Below, in pieces: positions 1 to 9,991 of a stretch of DNA of 64,000 bases. This stretch comes from Polyangiaceae bacterium. Its GTDB lineage: Bacteria > Myxococcota_A > Polyangia > Polyangiales > Polyangiaceae. The stretch lies in contig JBGANF010000001.1 in NCBI GenBank assembly GCA_044222475.1, positions 96,001 through 160,000 of the forward strand. The letters run 5' to 3'. Positions within the stretch are counted from its first letter, which is position 1; each line of letters starts with the position of its first letter. The position numbers and the translations under genes are program-made. The notes beneath the pieces were generated by a model. It made no database searches and had not been told where the DNA came from. It was given only the letters and a program-made list of their open reading frames with translations.

Positions 1-470
1 CCGACGACCATGACGTCCTGATTGCGGAAGAACGCGCCGTCGCACACGGCGCACGCCGACACGCCACGCCCCTTGAGCGCGTGCTCGCTCTCGATGTCGA
101 GCCACTTGGCTTGGGCACCGGTCGCGATGATGAGCGTCTTCGCGGTGTGGAGGACGTTGTCGTCACCCGCCCAGATCTTGAACGGGCGCGCCGAGAGGTC
201 GACCTTGTTCACGTCCTCGGTGCGGATGTCGACGCCTTGGTGGATGCCCTGCTCTCGAAAGGCCTTCATGAGATCGGGGCCGGTGATCTTGGTCGGGAAC
301 CCGGGGTAGTTCTCGACGTCGTTCGTGATCATCAGCTGACCGCCGGGGATTCCCCCCTTGGTCATGCCTTCGAACATGAGTGGTTTGAGGTTGGCGCGTG
401 CGGCGTAGATCCCGGCGGTGTGACCCGCGGGACCGGAGCCGATGATGATGACGTTGTGGGGTTCGCTCAT
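1..470 (-). CDS. trxB: Thioredoxin-disulfide reductase, 5' part (runs off the window)
   Basis: Manual translation from ATG at 470: [28 protein letters not shown]...[16 protein letters not shown]...IIATGA...[24 protein letters not shown]. Shows the FAD-binding GSGPAG motif and the CxxC active site. Confidence 0.95.
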   Translation of the reverse strand, partial: [156 protein letters not shown]

Positions 471-495
471 GACTCGTTGTCTACGGAGGTCTCGA

Positions 496-2127
496 TCAGA
501 AGCGGTATGACGCGCCTAGGTTGATGACGTTGAGGGCGTTGGTCATGGTGCCGAGGTTGACCGCCCAGTTCGTGCGGTACGGCTGGGCGCCGCCAGCGCA
601 GTTGAGAGAGTTCGTGTCGGGGTTGCAGGGTGACCCAGCGAGCCCCTTGAGGCCAGGGGAGTTCGGGTCGGTGTTCGCTTGGTCGGCCACGAACATGTGC
701 ATGAAGCCGAGCGAGAACTCGAGCGCGGAGCCTTTGCTCGCGCCGTCGATGACGGTCTTCGACAGCGGCACGCGGAACGTCCCGCCGAGGGCCAAGCCGA
801 TGCGCTGGGCGCCCATGAAGTCGATGTTTTGGTACTGCTGATCTTGGCCGTTGGTCTCGAAGAAGGCGCCAGCGCGGATCGCGAGGCGATCCTTGATGGC
901 GTTCCAGTCGCCGCCGAGGCGGATGCCGAAGACGTTCTTGTAGACGTGCGGTACGTCGGCGACCGGGGGGAGAGTGCCGCCGGCCCCGTTCACCGGGATG
1001 ACGCCGCTGCCGTCGGCGGCACCGGGGAAGCGCACCTGCAGGTTGTCGATCACCTGATTGTTCGCGAAGGTGAAGTCGATCTCGGCGTCCCACACGTCTT
1101 GCGACATCGGATCGCGGCGGTGCCGCTGGCCGACGTCGCCGCGAGCGCCGTGGACGCGCACGCCGATCTTCGCCTCCATCGGGATCGGAAGCGAGAGGTG
1201 CCCGTTGTCGCCCGAGCCGCACGTGGTGACGCCGGGAGTGCCGGTGCCGCAGTCCGGGACCGAGGTGTCACCGTTGATCACCCGGTTGTCGGGACCGTTG
1301 CGACCGACCGCCGGTCGGAAGTAGTTGGCCGACGTCTTCACGTCGCCGCTCGCGTCGATGGGGGCGCTCCACTTGAACCAACCGGCGAGGTCGACCATGT
1401 CGCTCGGGCTCCAGAGCGCACCGAGGGTGAAGCCGGGGATGAAGAGGTCGGAGACGTGGAACTCGGCCTTGATGTCGTTGGCCGTCGGCGTGAGACCGCT
1501 CTGGTTCACGGCTGCGGCGGCGTTCGCGAACTTCACGGAGGCGATGCCCCACTGGAACGCGGCGCCGATGCGCAAGCGATCGATCGGCTCCCAGCCGACG
1601 CCGATGGACGGGTTGAGCACGAGCGCGTCACCCGAGAGCAGCATGTAGCGCTGCGGTGCCGCTTGTGGCGTGCCGCTGCTGTCGTTGACGAACTCGGGCC
1701 AGGTGTTCTGCGCGACCCCGCTCGGCGCGAGGATGGCGATGCCGACCCCGAACCGCTCGTTCACCTTGAACGTCGCCGCGAGCTGCGGCCCGACTCCGAG
1801 ACCAAACTCGTTGCAGACCTCCGGGTACGTCCCGTTCGCCGCGCGAAGCGGATCGACCGACCCGTCGTTCGCGGCGGCGATGCGGTTGAAGCAGGACGAA
1901 CGGATCGTCAGGTTCGCCTGGAGCGTGAGCTTCGTGTCCTGCCCGGCGAGACCGGCGGGGTTGTAGAACGCGGCGAGCGGATCACTCGCTCGCGCGACCC
2001 ACGCACCACCGCGCGAGAGTTGTTCCGACCCGTTGTCGGGGAACTCGGTCACGTTGCTCGCCCAAGCCGTTCCCGACGCCGACACGGCGGCCAAGGTGGC
2101 GAGGAGCGTACGCATGCGCTTCTGCAT
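496..2127 (-). CDS. Outer-membrane beta-barrel transporter, OmpP1/FadL/TodX family
   Basis: Signal peptide; N-terminal SRGGAWVARASDPLAAFYNPAGL matches the FadL NPA motif; amphipathic strands; C-terminal LGASYRF beta-signal. Confidence 0.75.
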   Translation of the reverse strand: MQKRMRTLLATLAAVSASGTAWASNVTEFPDNGSEQLSRGGAWVARASDPLAAFYNPAGLAGQDTKLTLQANLTIRSSCFNRIAAANDGSVDPLRAANGTYPEVCNEFGLGVGPQLAATFKVNERFGVGIAILAPSGVAQNTWPEFVNDSSGTPQAAPQRYMLLSGDALVLNPSIGVGWEPIDRLRIGAAFQWGIASVKFANAAAAVNQSGLTPTANDIKAEFHVSDLFIPGFTLGALWSPSDMVDLAGWFKWSAPIDASGDVKTSANYFRPAVGRNGPDNRVINGDTSVPDCGTGTPGVTTCGSGDNGHLSLPIPMEAKIGVRVHGARGDVGQRHRRDPMSQDVWDAEIDFTFANNQVIDNLQVRFPGAADGSGVIPVNGAGGTLPPVADVPHVYKNVFGIRLGGDWNAIKDRLAIRAGAFFETNGQDQQYQNIDFMGAQRIGLALGGTFRVPLSKTVIDGASKGSALEFSLGFMHMFVADQANTDPNSPGLKGLAGSPCNPDTNSLNCAGGAQPYRTNWAVNLGTMTNALNVINLGASYRF

Positions 2128-2156
2128 CGATTCCTCTCAGTCGTCTGTCGTGGACA

Positions 2157-4013
2157 TCAGTCCTTGACCGGCGTCGCCTTGAGCGACGCGCGGCCGTCCT
2201 TCACGTACACCGAGAACTTCACCCGCTTGCACGCGTGGCGCTGAACGAGCGCGTCTCGGTTCTTCTTCAACGTCTGGCGGAACTTCTCGAAGGTGAGCCC
2301 CTCGGTCGGCTCGTTGCACTGCTTCTTCGTCTTGACGAATTCCTCGTACACGCCGGGCCACTCGGCCTCTTCCGCGTTGACCGCTTGGTTCGGTCCCGAC
2401 GCCTTCGCCATGACCTCCTGCGGGATCTGAGCGACCATCGTCGCTTCCTCTTCGTCGTCACCGCGACTCGGTGCCGGCGGGATCGGAGCGGCGGGCGGAG
2501 GCGCCACGGGAGCCGGCGCCGGGGGCGCCGCCGGACGAGCCGCATCCTGCGGGATCTTCATCGGCTGCACGACCGTCGGGCTCGTCACGGGCTGCTGGAG
2601 CCCTCCGCCGAGCGGAGCGGGCGGCCCGTGGTTGATGATCGGCGCGCTGCCGGGCGGCGGCGGCTTCGGACCCGACCCCGGAGGCGGCGTGCCGCGCTCA
2701 CCCGGTGCGGACGGGAAGCTGGGCTTCGAGCCCGCGGGCGGGACCGGAGGAATCATCGGCGGCGGTGCGCCCTGATCGGGCTGCGGGAACGAGAACGCGC
2801 TCATCGCCGGTTGCGCCGGAGCCGGACCGAGGATGGACTCGAGATCGGCGGTCTTTCGAGGTGCGCCTCCGCCCTTGTCGGCGACGCGCTCGATGCCGGA
2901 GTTCAGATCGATCGCGACGTCGCGGTATTTGCCGCTGAACGTCTGCGGCTGGAGGAGATCGATGTCACCCTTCTTCAGCTTCGCCGCCTGGACGACGAGG
3001 ACGTTGAGGGGGCGGTTGTACTCGAGGTACGTGAGCGCGACGCCGAAGAGGATTCCGAGCACGATGATCCCGGCGATGAGGCCGAGGTTGACGCTCTTCT
3101 TGTCGGTGTCGTCGGCGCTGGAGAGGAACTGCCCAGGGCTCGTGAGGAACACGCGCGTGCGCACGACGGCGTACCCGCCGCCGAGCTCGAACGCGTCGCC
3201 GTCGAGCTTGGCGAAGACCGCGCCCATCTGCTTCGTCGGCCCGATGTCGTGGATGGTGTCGGTGTGGCCCTTGGTCTTGTAGTCGGGGTCGCTCTCGAGC
3301 TTGGCGACCTCGGGGATGACGAGATCGAAGCCCGCTTCGTCGAAGCCGGTGACCGCGGCCGAGGCGCTGCGCTTGCCGTTCGCGTAGAAGACGACGTTCG
3401 TGTTCGTCTGCTTCGAGAGCTCTTGCGCATAGACGCGATCGATGGCGCGAATCGCGACGATGGCGCCCGCCGGCGGCTGCGTGACGTCGTACTCCACCGG
3501 ACGAGCGGAGACCATGTAGAGCTGGTCTCCCCAGACCCACACGTCGTCGCGTAGCCACCCGTGGAGCGCGTCGTTGACGGCAGAGTACCCGCCGAGCTCG
3601 AAGTCCTCGTAGGCGTTGACCTTGTCGTATCCGACCTGCGCGATGAGCCGGCCGTCGCGATCGACGAGGAAGAGCGCATCGGGGCGGTACTGCTTGGCGA
3701 TCTTGTCGAGGACGGAGTTGAGCGCTTTTTTCCCATCGTCGCGTGACTTCTGCGGGATCTTCTCCTTGTCGATCGTGGCGACGGCGGCGTCCTGAACGCC
3801 CTTGTCGACGCTGCCGACGAGGAGCGCATCGAGACGGCGGCGCGAGTCGATCTGGAGCGACCAGCGAACGACCTGACTGTCGGCGGCGAGCGACTCGTTC
3901 GAGGCCACCGTGGTCTTGCGGTTGTACTGCCCGACCGCGAGGAAGATTGCATAGACCGCGAACGCGGCGAGGACCGCGAGGATCGCGTACCAGAACCGGG
4001 AGAGGAGCATCAT
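2157..4013 (-). CDS. Membrane protein with periplasmic sensor-like domain, Pro-rich linker and MXAN_5187-type C-terminal domain
   Basis: Two TM helices flank a ~270-aa soluble domain, followed by a Pro-rich linker. The C-terminus (VYEEFVKTKKQCNEPTEGLTFEKF...VKFSVYVKDGRASLKATP) is recalled as the myxobacterial MXAN_5187 C-terminal domain. Confidence 0.7.
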   Translation of the reverse strand: MMLLSRFWYAILAVLAAFAVYAIFLAVGQYNRKTTVASNESLAADSQVVRWSLQIDSRRRLDALLVGSVDKGVQDAAVATIDKEKIPQKSRDDGKKALNSVLDKIAKQYRPDALFLVDRDGRLIAQVGYDKVNAYEDFELGGYSAVNDALHGWLRDDVWVWGDQLYMVSARPVEYDVTQPPAGAIVAIRAIDRVYAQELSKQTNTNVVFYANGKRSASAAVTGFDEAGFDLVIPEVAKLESDPDYKTKGHTDTIHDIGPTKQMGAVFAKLDGDAFELGGGYAVVRTRVFLTSPGQFLSSADDTDKKSVNLGLIAGIIVLGILFGVALTYLEYNRPLNVLVVQAAKLKKGDIDLLQPQTFSGKYRDVAIDLNSGIERVADKGGGAPRKTADLESILGPAPAQPAMSAFSFPQPDQGAPPPMIPPVPPAGSKPSFPSAPGERGTPPPGSGPKPPPPGSAPIINHGPPAPLGGGLQQPVTSPTVVQPMKIPQDAARPAAPPAPAPVAPPPAAPIPPAPSRGDDEEEATMVAQIPQEVMAKASGPNQAVNAEEAEWPGVYEEFVKTKKQCNEPTEGLTFEKFRQTLKKNRDALVQRHACKRVKFSVYVKDGRASLKATPVKD

Positions 4014-4765
4014 GGCGATGCATCTCCCAGGTTGATCGTCTCCTTCACGTCACCGCCGCCTGCTTTCACCCCGACCGGCGCCGGCTTTCCGACCGGCTTG
4101 CCCTCGAAGTAGGCGCGCATCACGTAGTCGCCGACAGGGAGATTCGAGAACGCGTATGCCCCCGCGCGGTTCGGGAACGCGAAGTCGACTGCTCCCGGCT
4201 CGACCGCGACCACCATCTTCAGCGAAGGGAAGTTCTTGTCGAGGAACGTGTACGTGCCCTGCGACGGCGCGGTCCATTCGCGACGGCCGCCGGCCAGCGT
4301 CTCCTCGAGCTTGAACGAATCGTTCCCCGACAAGTAGAGGCGGTGGGGGAACGGATCGCGGCTCAGAAAGACCAGCTTCGTGCCGGGCGACACGACCAAC
4401 GTCGACCAGTACGTTCGGCCGCCCGTCACGTTGACGGTCACGTCGTCGTGCTTGGGCGCCGCGTTCGACGCGAGGGCGACGACGCACACGTCACGCGAAG
4501 GGTTCGCGCTGAGATCGCGGACCTCTTTCTTCACGGTCGGCGAGGGCTCACGCCAGGTGTAGCGGTGCGCCTCGAGCTTCGATGCGTCCGCGTACACTTG
4601 CGGCAGCAGCTTCTCCGCCGCGGTGACCTTTCCCTTCGTACCGCCGGCTTCGGCGGTTCCCGCGAGTGGAAGCACGAGAAGCACCACCGGAAGCAGCCTC
4701 AACGGGCGGAAGGTGGATGATCGGTTGGGCAATTTCGCCAAGTCGCAACGCTCCTTGTTGACCAA
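4010..4765 (-). CDS. Secreted hypothetical protein (beta-sandwich domains); start uncertain
   Basis: Hydrophobic signal-like segment LLPVVLLVLPLAGTAEA; stop overlaps the start of the next gene; typical codon usage. Confidence 0.6.
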   Translation of the reverse strand: MVNKERCDLAKLPNRSSTFRPLRLLPVVLLVLPLAGTAEAGGTKGKVTAAEKLLPQVYADASKLEAHRYTWREPSPTVKKEVRDLSANPSRDVCVVALASNAAPKHDDVTVNVTGGRTYWSTLVVSPGTKLVFLSRDPFPHRLYLSGNDSFKLEETLAGGRREWTAPSQGTYTFLDKNFPSLKMVVAVEPGAVDFAFPNRAGAYAFSNLPVGDYVMRAYFEGKPVGKPAPVGVKAGGGDVKETINLGDASP

Positions 4766-4840
4766 AGGTCCCAGGACCTACGGTGAGCAAACCCCAGCTT
4801 CTGCCGCTCTTGAAAAGGGAACGCTATCGCGCTGGATAGG

Positions 4841-6160
4841 TCACTGGCAACGCTTGAAAGGCACACCCTCGACGTTGGGGAAGCCACCGCCCACCGCCGT
4901 ACAGGTCGAACCGGTCGGGCAAAGGCCATCGCCCGAGCAGTCGCGCGAGCATTTCCCGCTGCTGCAGTAGCCGAAGGCGCAGTCACGGTCCTTCGTGCAG
5001 CTCTGCCCGACCTCCCCCGCCCCCAGACCCGGCAGGCAGAGCCCCACCCGCTGGTTCGAGATGTTCCCGACGCCGGTGCAGACGTACCCGTGGGCGCAAC
5101 CGCCCTGGAAACGGCAGCTGTCGACGCAGGAGTCACCCGAGAGGCCTGCCACCGAGCTCCCCACCGGACAGCTGTAGGCCGGCATGTTCGGGATCGTGAA
5201 GGCGTCGAAGTCGATGTGCTGGGCGTCGTTGCACAGGTTGACCTTCGTGTTGCCGTTGCAGGCGTACTCCGCGGGCTCGCCCTGGGCGAGCGGGCCGACG
5301 ACGTCGGCGGGGCGCTTGCAGGTGCCGCTGCACGTCCAGGGCGTGAGGGGGAGCGCCCGTTGGGGGCAGTCCGCCGCGCTCGAGCAGCTCAGCGTGCAGG
5401 AGGAGACGAGCATGCCCGTGTCGCAGAGGAGCGACGTGCAGGTCTGACCGCCCCCGCAGTACTGCTCGGCCTTCACGCAGACCTTTTGCGACGAGACGGT
5501 CGCGCAGCCGTAGCCATTTGGGCAGTCCGACCCGCTCGTGCAGGGCAGCGTGCAGTACGCCTGCTGGGCGCTCACGCACGCGAAGTTGCAGGTGCCGGGC
5601 GTGTTGATGTTGCAGGTTCGGCCCACGTCGATCTGCGCGCAGAACGTCTCGGCGCCAATCGTGATGCACTTCGTGCCCGTCATGCACTGCGCGCTCGACG
5701 AGCAGGTGCGCGTGCAGCGAGTCGGCCCGCCTTTGTACAAGGGACGACACAAGAGCCCGGAGCCGCACTGGCCGTCGTTCGCGCAGAGATCGAGCTCGCG
5801 CTTGAGCGGCCCCGAATCGGGTGGGGGCGAGCCATCGGGCGACGCGTCGGCCGGCGTCACGACGTCGGGCGGGGCGCCATCGGAGATGGTCGCATCGCCG
5901 CCACCATCGACCGGCACGCCCGAGTCTGCCGCGGCGCACAGACCGTTGACGTCGCACACCTCACCCGCCGCGCAATCGCGCTTGGCATCGACGCAGAGGC
6001 GCACGCACTTGCCGGCGCGACACGACTGGCTCGTCGGGCAGTCGCTGTTGATCTCGCACGGACCGGCCGTCGCGCAGCTCGTCGCGCACGCCACCCAGAC
6101 GAGCGCGAAGGCGCCACCGGCCAACAACGTGGAGACGAAGCCCGAGACGCGCACCCCCAT
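4841..6160 (-). CDS. Cys-rich repeat secreted protein or lipoprotein
   Basis: Signal peptide ending in Cys, a DAG-type linker and many C-x4-(D/Q)C-x5-C repeats typical of myxobacteria. Confidence 0.7.
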   Translation of the reverse strand: MGVRVSGFVSTLLAGGAFALVWVACATSCATAGPCEINSDCPTSQSCRAGKCVRLCVDAKRDCAAGEVCDVNGLCAAADSGVPVDGGGDATISDGAPPDVVTPADASPDGSPPPDSGPLKRELDLCANDGQCGSGLLCRPLYKGGPTRCTRTCSSSAQCMTGTKCITIGAETFCAQIDVGRTCNINTPGTCNFACVSAQQAYCTLPCTSGSDCPNGYGCATVSSQKVCVKAEQYCGGGQTCTSLLCDTGMLVSSCTLSCSSAADCPQRALPLTPWTCSGTCKRPADVVGPLAQGEPAEYACNGNTKVNLCNDAQHIDFDAFTIPNMPAYSCPVGSSVAGLSGDSCVDSCRFQGGCAHGYVCTGVGNISNQRVGLCLPGLGAGEVGQSCTKDRDCAFGYCSSGKCSRDCSGDGLCPTGSTCTAVGGGFPNVEGVPFKRCQ

Positions 6161-6166
6161 TTCTTA

Positions 6167-7894
6167 TCACTTCGTCGCGTGGCGAAACACCACAGTGCGA
6201 CGCTGTGCCACGGGCACCGGCGGCGTCGGCTTGGCGACGAGGGTCACGTGCTCTCCGCCGCGCAACGGGATCACGCGCGCTTCACCGTCCACCGCAAAGG
6301 GCGACCCGTCCGGCGAGTAGCCATGGAACCAGGGCGGCGACGGCCACACGCCGACGACGACGACGGCATCCTCGCCGCTTCGACCGAGGACGTCGACGCC
6401 ATCCGGCCTCTCGTTGATCCCCTCGACGATCGTCGGATCGAAGCCTTGCGCGGACAGTCGGCGCGCGAGGCGCAGGAGCGCGAGCTGAGGAGCGAGAGCT
6501 TCACCGGCGCGATCGGCTCCGATCGACGAGATCGCGCTCATCCAAAACGGGAGCACGCCGTAAGCCACCGCGCCGACCGAGTCGGGTCGCGGCAGATGCC
6601 ACGAGTGCGCCTTCGTCTGAACGCACAGGCTCTCGGGCCAGGCCGCGCTCATCGTGGGCGCGCAGAGGAAGGTCGCTTCGGGTGGCCCCTCGGCGACGTA
6701 CATCGAGCCGTCCTTCGTGGTCACGAGCACGACGCGCGCGTCCGGTGCGGCGGTCGAGAGGAGCGCGCCCCCGGCCACCGACTTGGGCTCGGGGACGAGG
6801 CTCGCGCGGAGAGACTCCTCGGCGAACGCGGCTCGGTCGTCGTCGCGAACCCACACCGCAGCGTCGATGCCGGCCTCGCCGAGCGTCTCGCGAAATCCCA
6901 ACGCGCCGCCAGCGCGCCGGCCCGTGACGGCCGCCACGCGCACGTCACCCGACCCGTCGCGTCGAACCACCGCGCCGACTCCCTTGGCATCGCACGACGC
7001 GATCGCGCGCGCGGGCGGCGGATAGTCCTTCGCCTCCCCGACGATCGCGAGCGTCGCGCCTTCGCCAGCGACGGCGACGAAGCAGCGATCCGGCGCGGGC
7101 GGCACGATCACGAACGGGTAAGGCGCGGCGAGCCCCGGCAGCGGCACGAGCCCGCGCTCCGCGAGGCCGGCGCCGGTCGGGAGCGGCGTGTCTGCGCCCT
7201 TCGGCGCGTGCGGCCCTCGAGCCCACTCGGCGAGCTGGTCGACGTCGCACGCCTCGCTGCCCGCGACGATCGTTCGGTGGTCGGCGAACGCGTACGACAG
7301 CGCGAGGGAGCCTCCCACGTCGTTCGCGGCCACCCGCAGCACGCGCAGGTCGGCGTTGGGGGACGAAGCGAGGATGGTCTCCGCGGTGCACGTGCAGAAG
7401 ATCGCGTCACCGCGAGCGCGCGTCGGCGTCGGTCCCCGCGTCACGTCGTAGTCGACGTCGCCCGCCTCGGGCGCCGTCACGAGCGCGTAGCAAGTCGACT
7501 CGGCGCCATCGATCGAGAGCGTTCGTTGGTCGGCCAGCCCCTCGAGCTCGACGAAGCCCGCGGCGACGAACTTCGCCTCTTTCTCGCGAAAGGCATCGTC
7601 GTGAGCCTTCGCCCGCGACCGCAGGTGAAGCACGACCCCAACGGCGAGCGCGAGCACCACGACGCCAGCGACGCCGAGCGCGATTCGCACGCGACCGCCC
7701 CGCGTCGCCGCCGCAGCCGCACGCAGTCGCTCCTCCTCTTTGCGGGTCTTGGCCTGCTCCGCCTCGCGTTGCGCGCGCACCGCTTCCGGGTGCCGACCGC
7801 CGAGGACCGAGAGCGCACGCTCGACCTCTTCGAGACCGCCGGACTCGTCCGGCGACGGAGGTGCTGGTTTCTTCGGCGCGTCCGCCATCTTCAA
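6167..7894 (-). CDS. Hypothetical single-pass membrane protein
   Basis: 575-aa ORF with an N-terminal charged coil and one TM helix (IALGVAGVVVLALAVGVVL); tightly packed in an operon. Confidence 0.6.
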   Translation of the reverse strand: MKMADAPKKPAPPSPDESGGLEEVERALSVLGGRHPEAVRAQREAEQAKTRKEEERLRAAAAATRGGRVRIALGVAGVVVLALAVGVVLHLRSRAKAHDDAFREKEAKFVAAGFVELEGLADQRTLSIDGAESTCYALVTAPEAGDVDYDVTRGPTPTRARGDAIFCTCTAETILASSPNADLRVLRVAANDVGGSLALSYAFADHRTIVAGSEACDVDQLAEWARGPHAPKGADTPLPTGAGLAERGLVPLPGLAAPYPFVIVPPAPDRCFVAVAGEGATLAIVGEAKDYPPPARAIASCDAKGVGAVVRRDGSGDVRVAAVTGRRAGGALGFRETLGEAGIDAAVWVRDDDRAAFAEESLRASLVPEPKSVAGGALLSTAAPDARVVLVTTKDGSMYVAEGPPEATFLCAPTMSAAWPESLCVQTKAHSWHLPRPDSVGAVAYGVLPFWMSAISSIGADRAGEALAPQLALLRLARRLSAQGFDPTIVEGINERPDGVDVLGRSGEDAVVVVGVWPSPPWFHGYSPDGSPFAVDGEARVIPLRGGEHVTLVAKPTPPVPVAQRRTVVFRHATK

Positions 7895-8352
7895 TCGTCG
7901 ACGATCGCGAAGCGGAGCGCGCGCTGCTCACCGCCGCGGTCGAGATCGACCCGGAGCTCGCTCGCGACGACGAGCGTCTCCATCGCTTGTCCCGCGGCCT
8001 CCGGTCGGCCGATGCCGAAGCCGTTGACGGCCGTGACGACGTCCCCCGGCTTGAGGTCGATCGCAGACCACTCCGGGCCGCCTCGCACCTCCAACACACG
8101 GAAGCCGTAGAACTTGCCGGCGGCGAAGATGGGGTGATCGTAGTCGAGGACGACGTTGCGCAGGATGAGCGCAGGCGCCTTGAGCGCCTCCTTCACCTGC
8201 GAGCGCTTGAGCGTGTAGGGAGCGCTCGGGAGCGGTGCGACGGTCGCTGCGGCGGTCGCCTTCGGCGACGTCGTCGGCGCGGGGGACTCGGTCGCACCCG
8301 CGCCGCAGCCGACGAGGAGCGACGCGAGGAGCACGGAGTGGACGGGGCGCAT
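7891..8352 (-). CDS. Lipoprotein with PDZ domain (GspC-PDZ-like)
   Basis: Lipobox LLVGC; GFRV...IDLKPGDVVTAVNG...LDRGGE is a PDZ signature. Confidence 0.7.
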   Translation of the reverse strand: MRPVHSVLLASLLVGCGAGATESPAPTTSPKATAAATVAPLPSAPYTLKRSQVKEALKAPALILRNVVLDYDHPIFAAGKFYGFRVLEVRGGPEWSAIDLKPGDVVTAVNGFGIGRPEAAGQAMETLVVASELRVDLDRGGEQRALRFAIVDD

Positions 8353-8410
8353 CCATCGAGGTTGCCGGACGGACCCCGGATCGGCAAGTTTTTGCCGCGT
8401 CGCCGCCGTT

Positions 8411-9052
8411 TCAGGCGCCGAAAGCGGCCCGGTAGGCCACGTAGACGGCGGCGGCGACGGCCTCGATCGAGCCGCTCCCGTCCACGAGGGCGACTCGGTC
8501 CTTCGGGAGGTGGCGATTCAGATCCTTGTAGAATGCAGCCAATGCGCGCTGCGTCTCGTTCTGCTCGTAGAGCTGCGCTGCTTCACCGCGCTCCTCGCGC
8601 CGCGTCGCGGCGACCTCCGGTGCGACGTCGAGGACGATGGTGAGATCCGGTCGGCGCGCGTGCGCGTTGAGCGTGCGGATCCACTCCACGGTGACGGTGC
8701 CCCCGCGTCCGCTGGAGACGCTCTGGTATGCGAGGCTCGACGCGTCGTAGCGATCGGAGATGATGACGCCGCCGTTCTGCACGAACGGGATGATCTCGGT
8801 CTCGACGTGGTCCATGCGGTCGGCCGCGAAGAGCAGCGCCATCGTCTGCCAGCCCGGAGCGAGCCCGCCCGCGCCCACGATGCGACCGGTCAGGACCTGG
8901 CGAATCATGGTTCCGATCGGTCCGTCGCTCGGCTCGCGGGTCGTGCGAACGGTGACGCCATCCGCCCGGAGGCGCTTCGCGAGCAGCCCGGTCTGGGTCG
9001 TGGTGCCCGCGCCATCGATGCCTTCGAGTACGACGAAGCGACCCATCTCCAT
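8411..9052 (-). CDS. tmk: Thymidylate (dTMP) kinase
   Basis: FVVLEGIDGAGTTTQ P-loop, TREP, LLFAADR and SDRYDASSLAYQ motifs. Confidence 0.93.
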   Translation of the reverse strand: MEMGRFVVLEGIDGAGTTTQTGLLAKRLRADGVTVRTTREPSDGPIGTMIRQVLTGRIVGAGGLAPGWQTMALLFAADRMDHVETEIIPFVQNGGVIISDRYDASSLAYQSVSSGRGGTVTVEWIRTLNAHARRPDLTIVLDVAPEVAATRREERGEAAQLYEQNETQRALAAFYKDLNRHLPKDRVALVDGSGSIEAVAAAVYVAYRAAFGA

Positions 9053-9100
9053 GGGAGTCGGAGTACCCGAGAACGGTGGATTGGGGAATGGGTAACGTGG

Positions 9101-9967
9101 TCAGCCGAGGGACGAACCGGCGTCTTCTCCCAGGACGAAATTGTCGATCAAGCGGGTCATCCCGACGCGGCACGCGATCGCACAGAGCGCGCGGTCGGCG
9201 ATGGGGCCCGCGAACGGGTGCAAGGTCTCCGGGTCGACGACGCTGACGTAGTCGATCGTGCTCGCCTCCTTCTCCACCTCCGCGCGCGCAGCCGCCTCGA
9301 GCCGCGACCCATCGCGCTCGCCGGCGTCGAAGGCATCGCGCGCGGCGCGCAGACCCTTCACGAGGCAGAGCGCTCGAGCGCGCTCGCGCGAGTCGAGGTA
9401 CGCGTTGCGCGAGCTCATCGCGAGCCCATCCATCTCGCGCACGATCGGGTGACCGTGGAGCGTGACGGGGAGGAGGAGATCGGTCGCGAGACGACGGAGG
9501 ACGGCGAGCTGTTGGTAGTCCTTCTTCCCGAACACGCAGTGAGCTTCGCCGACCAGCGCGAAGAGCTTGGTGACGATGGTGGCGACCCCCTCGAAGTGCC
9601 CCGGTCGGAACGGACCGCAGAGGGTCTCGGTGAGGTGATCGACGCGCACGCGCGTCCGCTCGCCGGCGGGGTACATGCTCGCGGTCTCGGGGGCGAACAA
9701 GAGCACGCAACCGGCCCCCGCGAGCTTCGCAGCGTCGCCGTCGAGGTCGCGCGGGTAGCGCGAGAAATCTTCCTTGGGTCCGAACTGCGTCGGGTTCACG
9801 AAGATCGAGGCGGCGACGAAATCGGCGTTCTCGGCTGCGGCCCGAACGAGCGCCAGGTGACCGGCGTGCAGCGCGCCCATCGTCGGCACGAAGCCCACGC
9901 GTTTTCCGGCGCGGCGGGCCTCGTCGCACGCGGCTCGAAGCTCCGAGGGGAGAGTGACGATGCGCAC
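9101..9967 (-). CDS. panC: Pantoate--beta-alanine ligase
   Basis: GFVPTMGALHAGH, SIFVNPTQF, RPGHFEGV, FGKKDYQQ, REMDGLAMSSRN and RLIDN motifs. Confidence 0.96.
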   Translation of the reverse strand: MRIVTLPSELRAACDEARRAGKRVGFVPTMGALHAGHLALVRAAAENADFVAASIFVNPTQFGPKEDFSRYPRDLDGDAAKLAGAGCVLLFAPETASMYPAGERTRVRVDHLTETLCGPFRPGHFEGVATIVTKLFALVGEAHCVFGKKDYQQLAVLRRLATDLLLPVTLHGHPIVREMDGLAMSSRNAYLDSRERARALCLVKGLRAARDAFDAGERDGSRLEAAARAEVEKEASTIDYVSVVDPETLHPFAGPIADRALCAIACRVGMTRLIDNFVLGEDAGSSLG

Positions 9968-9991
9968 GGCGAGAGGCTAGCATGGACCGTC

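Noticed and set aside
7891..8352. Type II secretion gene cluster
   Set aside because: Only a lone PDZ lipoprotein resembling the GspC PDZ domain; no secretin, ATPase or pseudopilin genes in the window.
8510..9991. Apparent ~490-aa N-terminal extension of the kinase (943-aa ORF)
   Set aside because: It lies antisense to tmk and panC; kinase homology starts just after ATG 9992.
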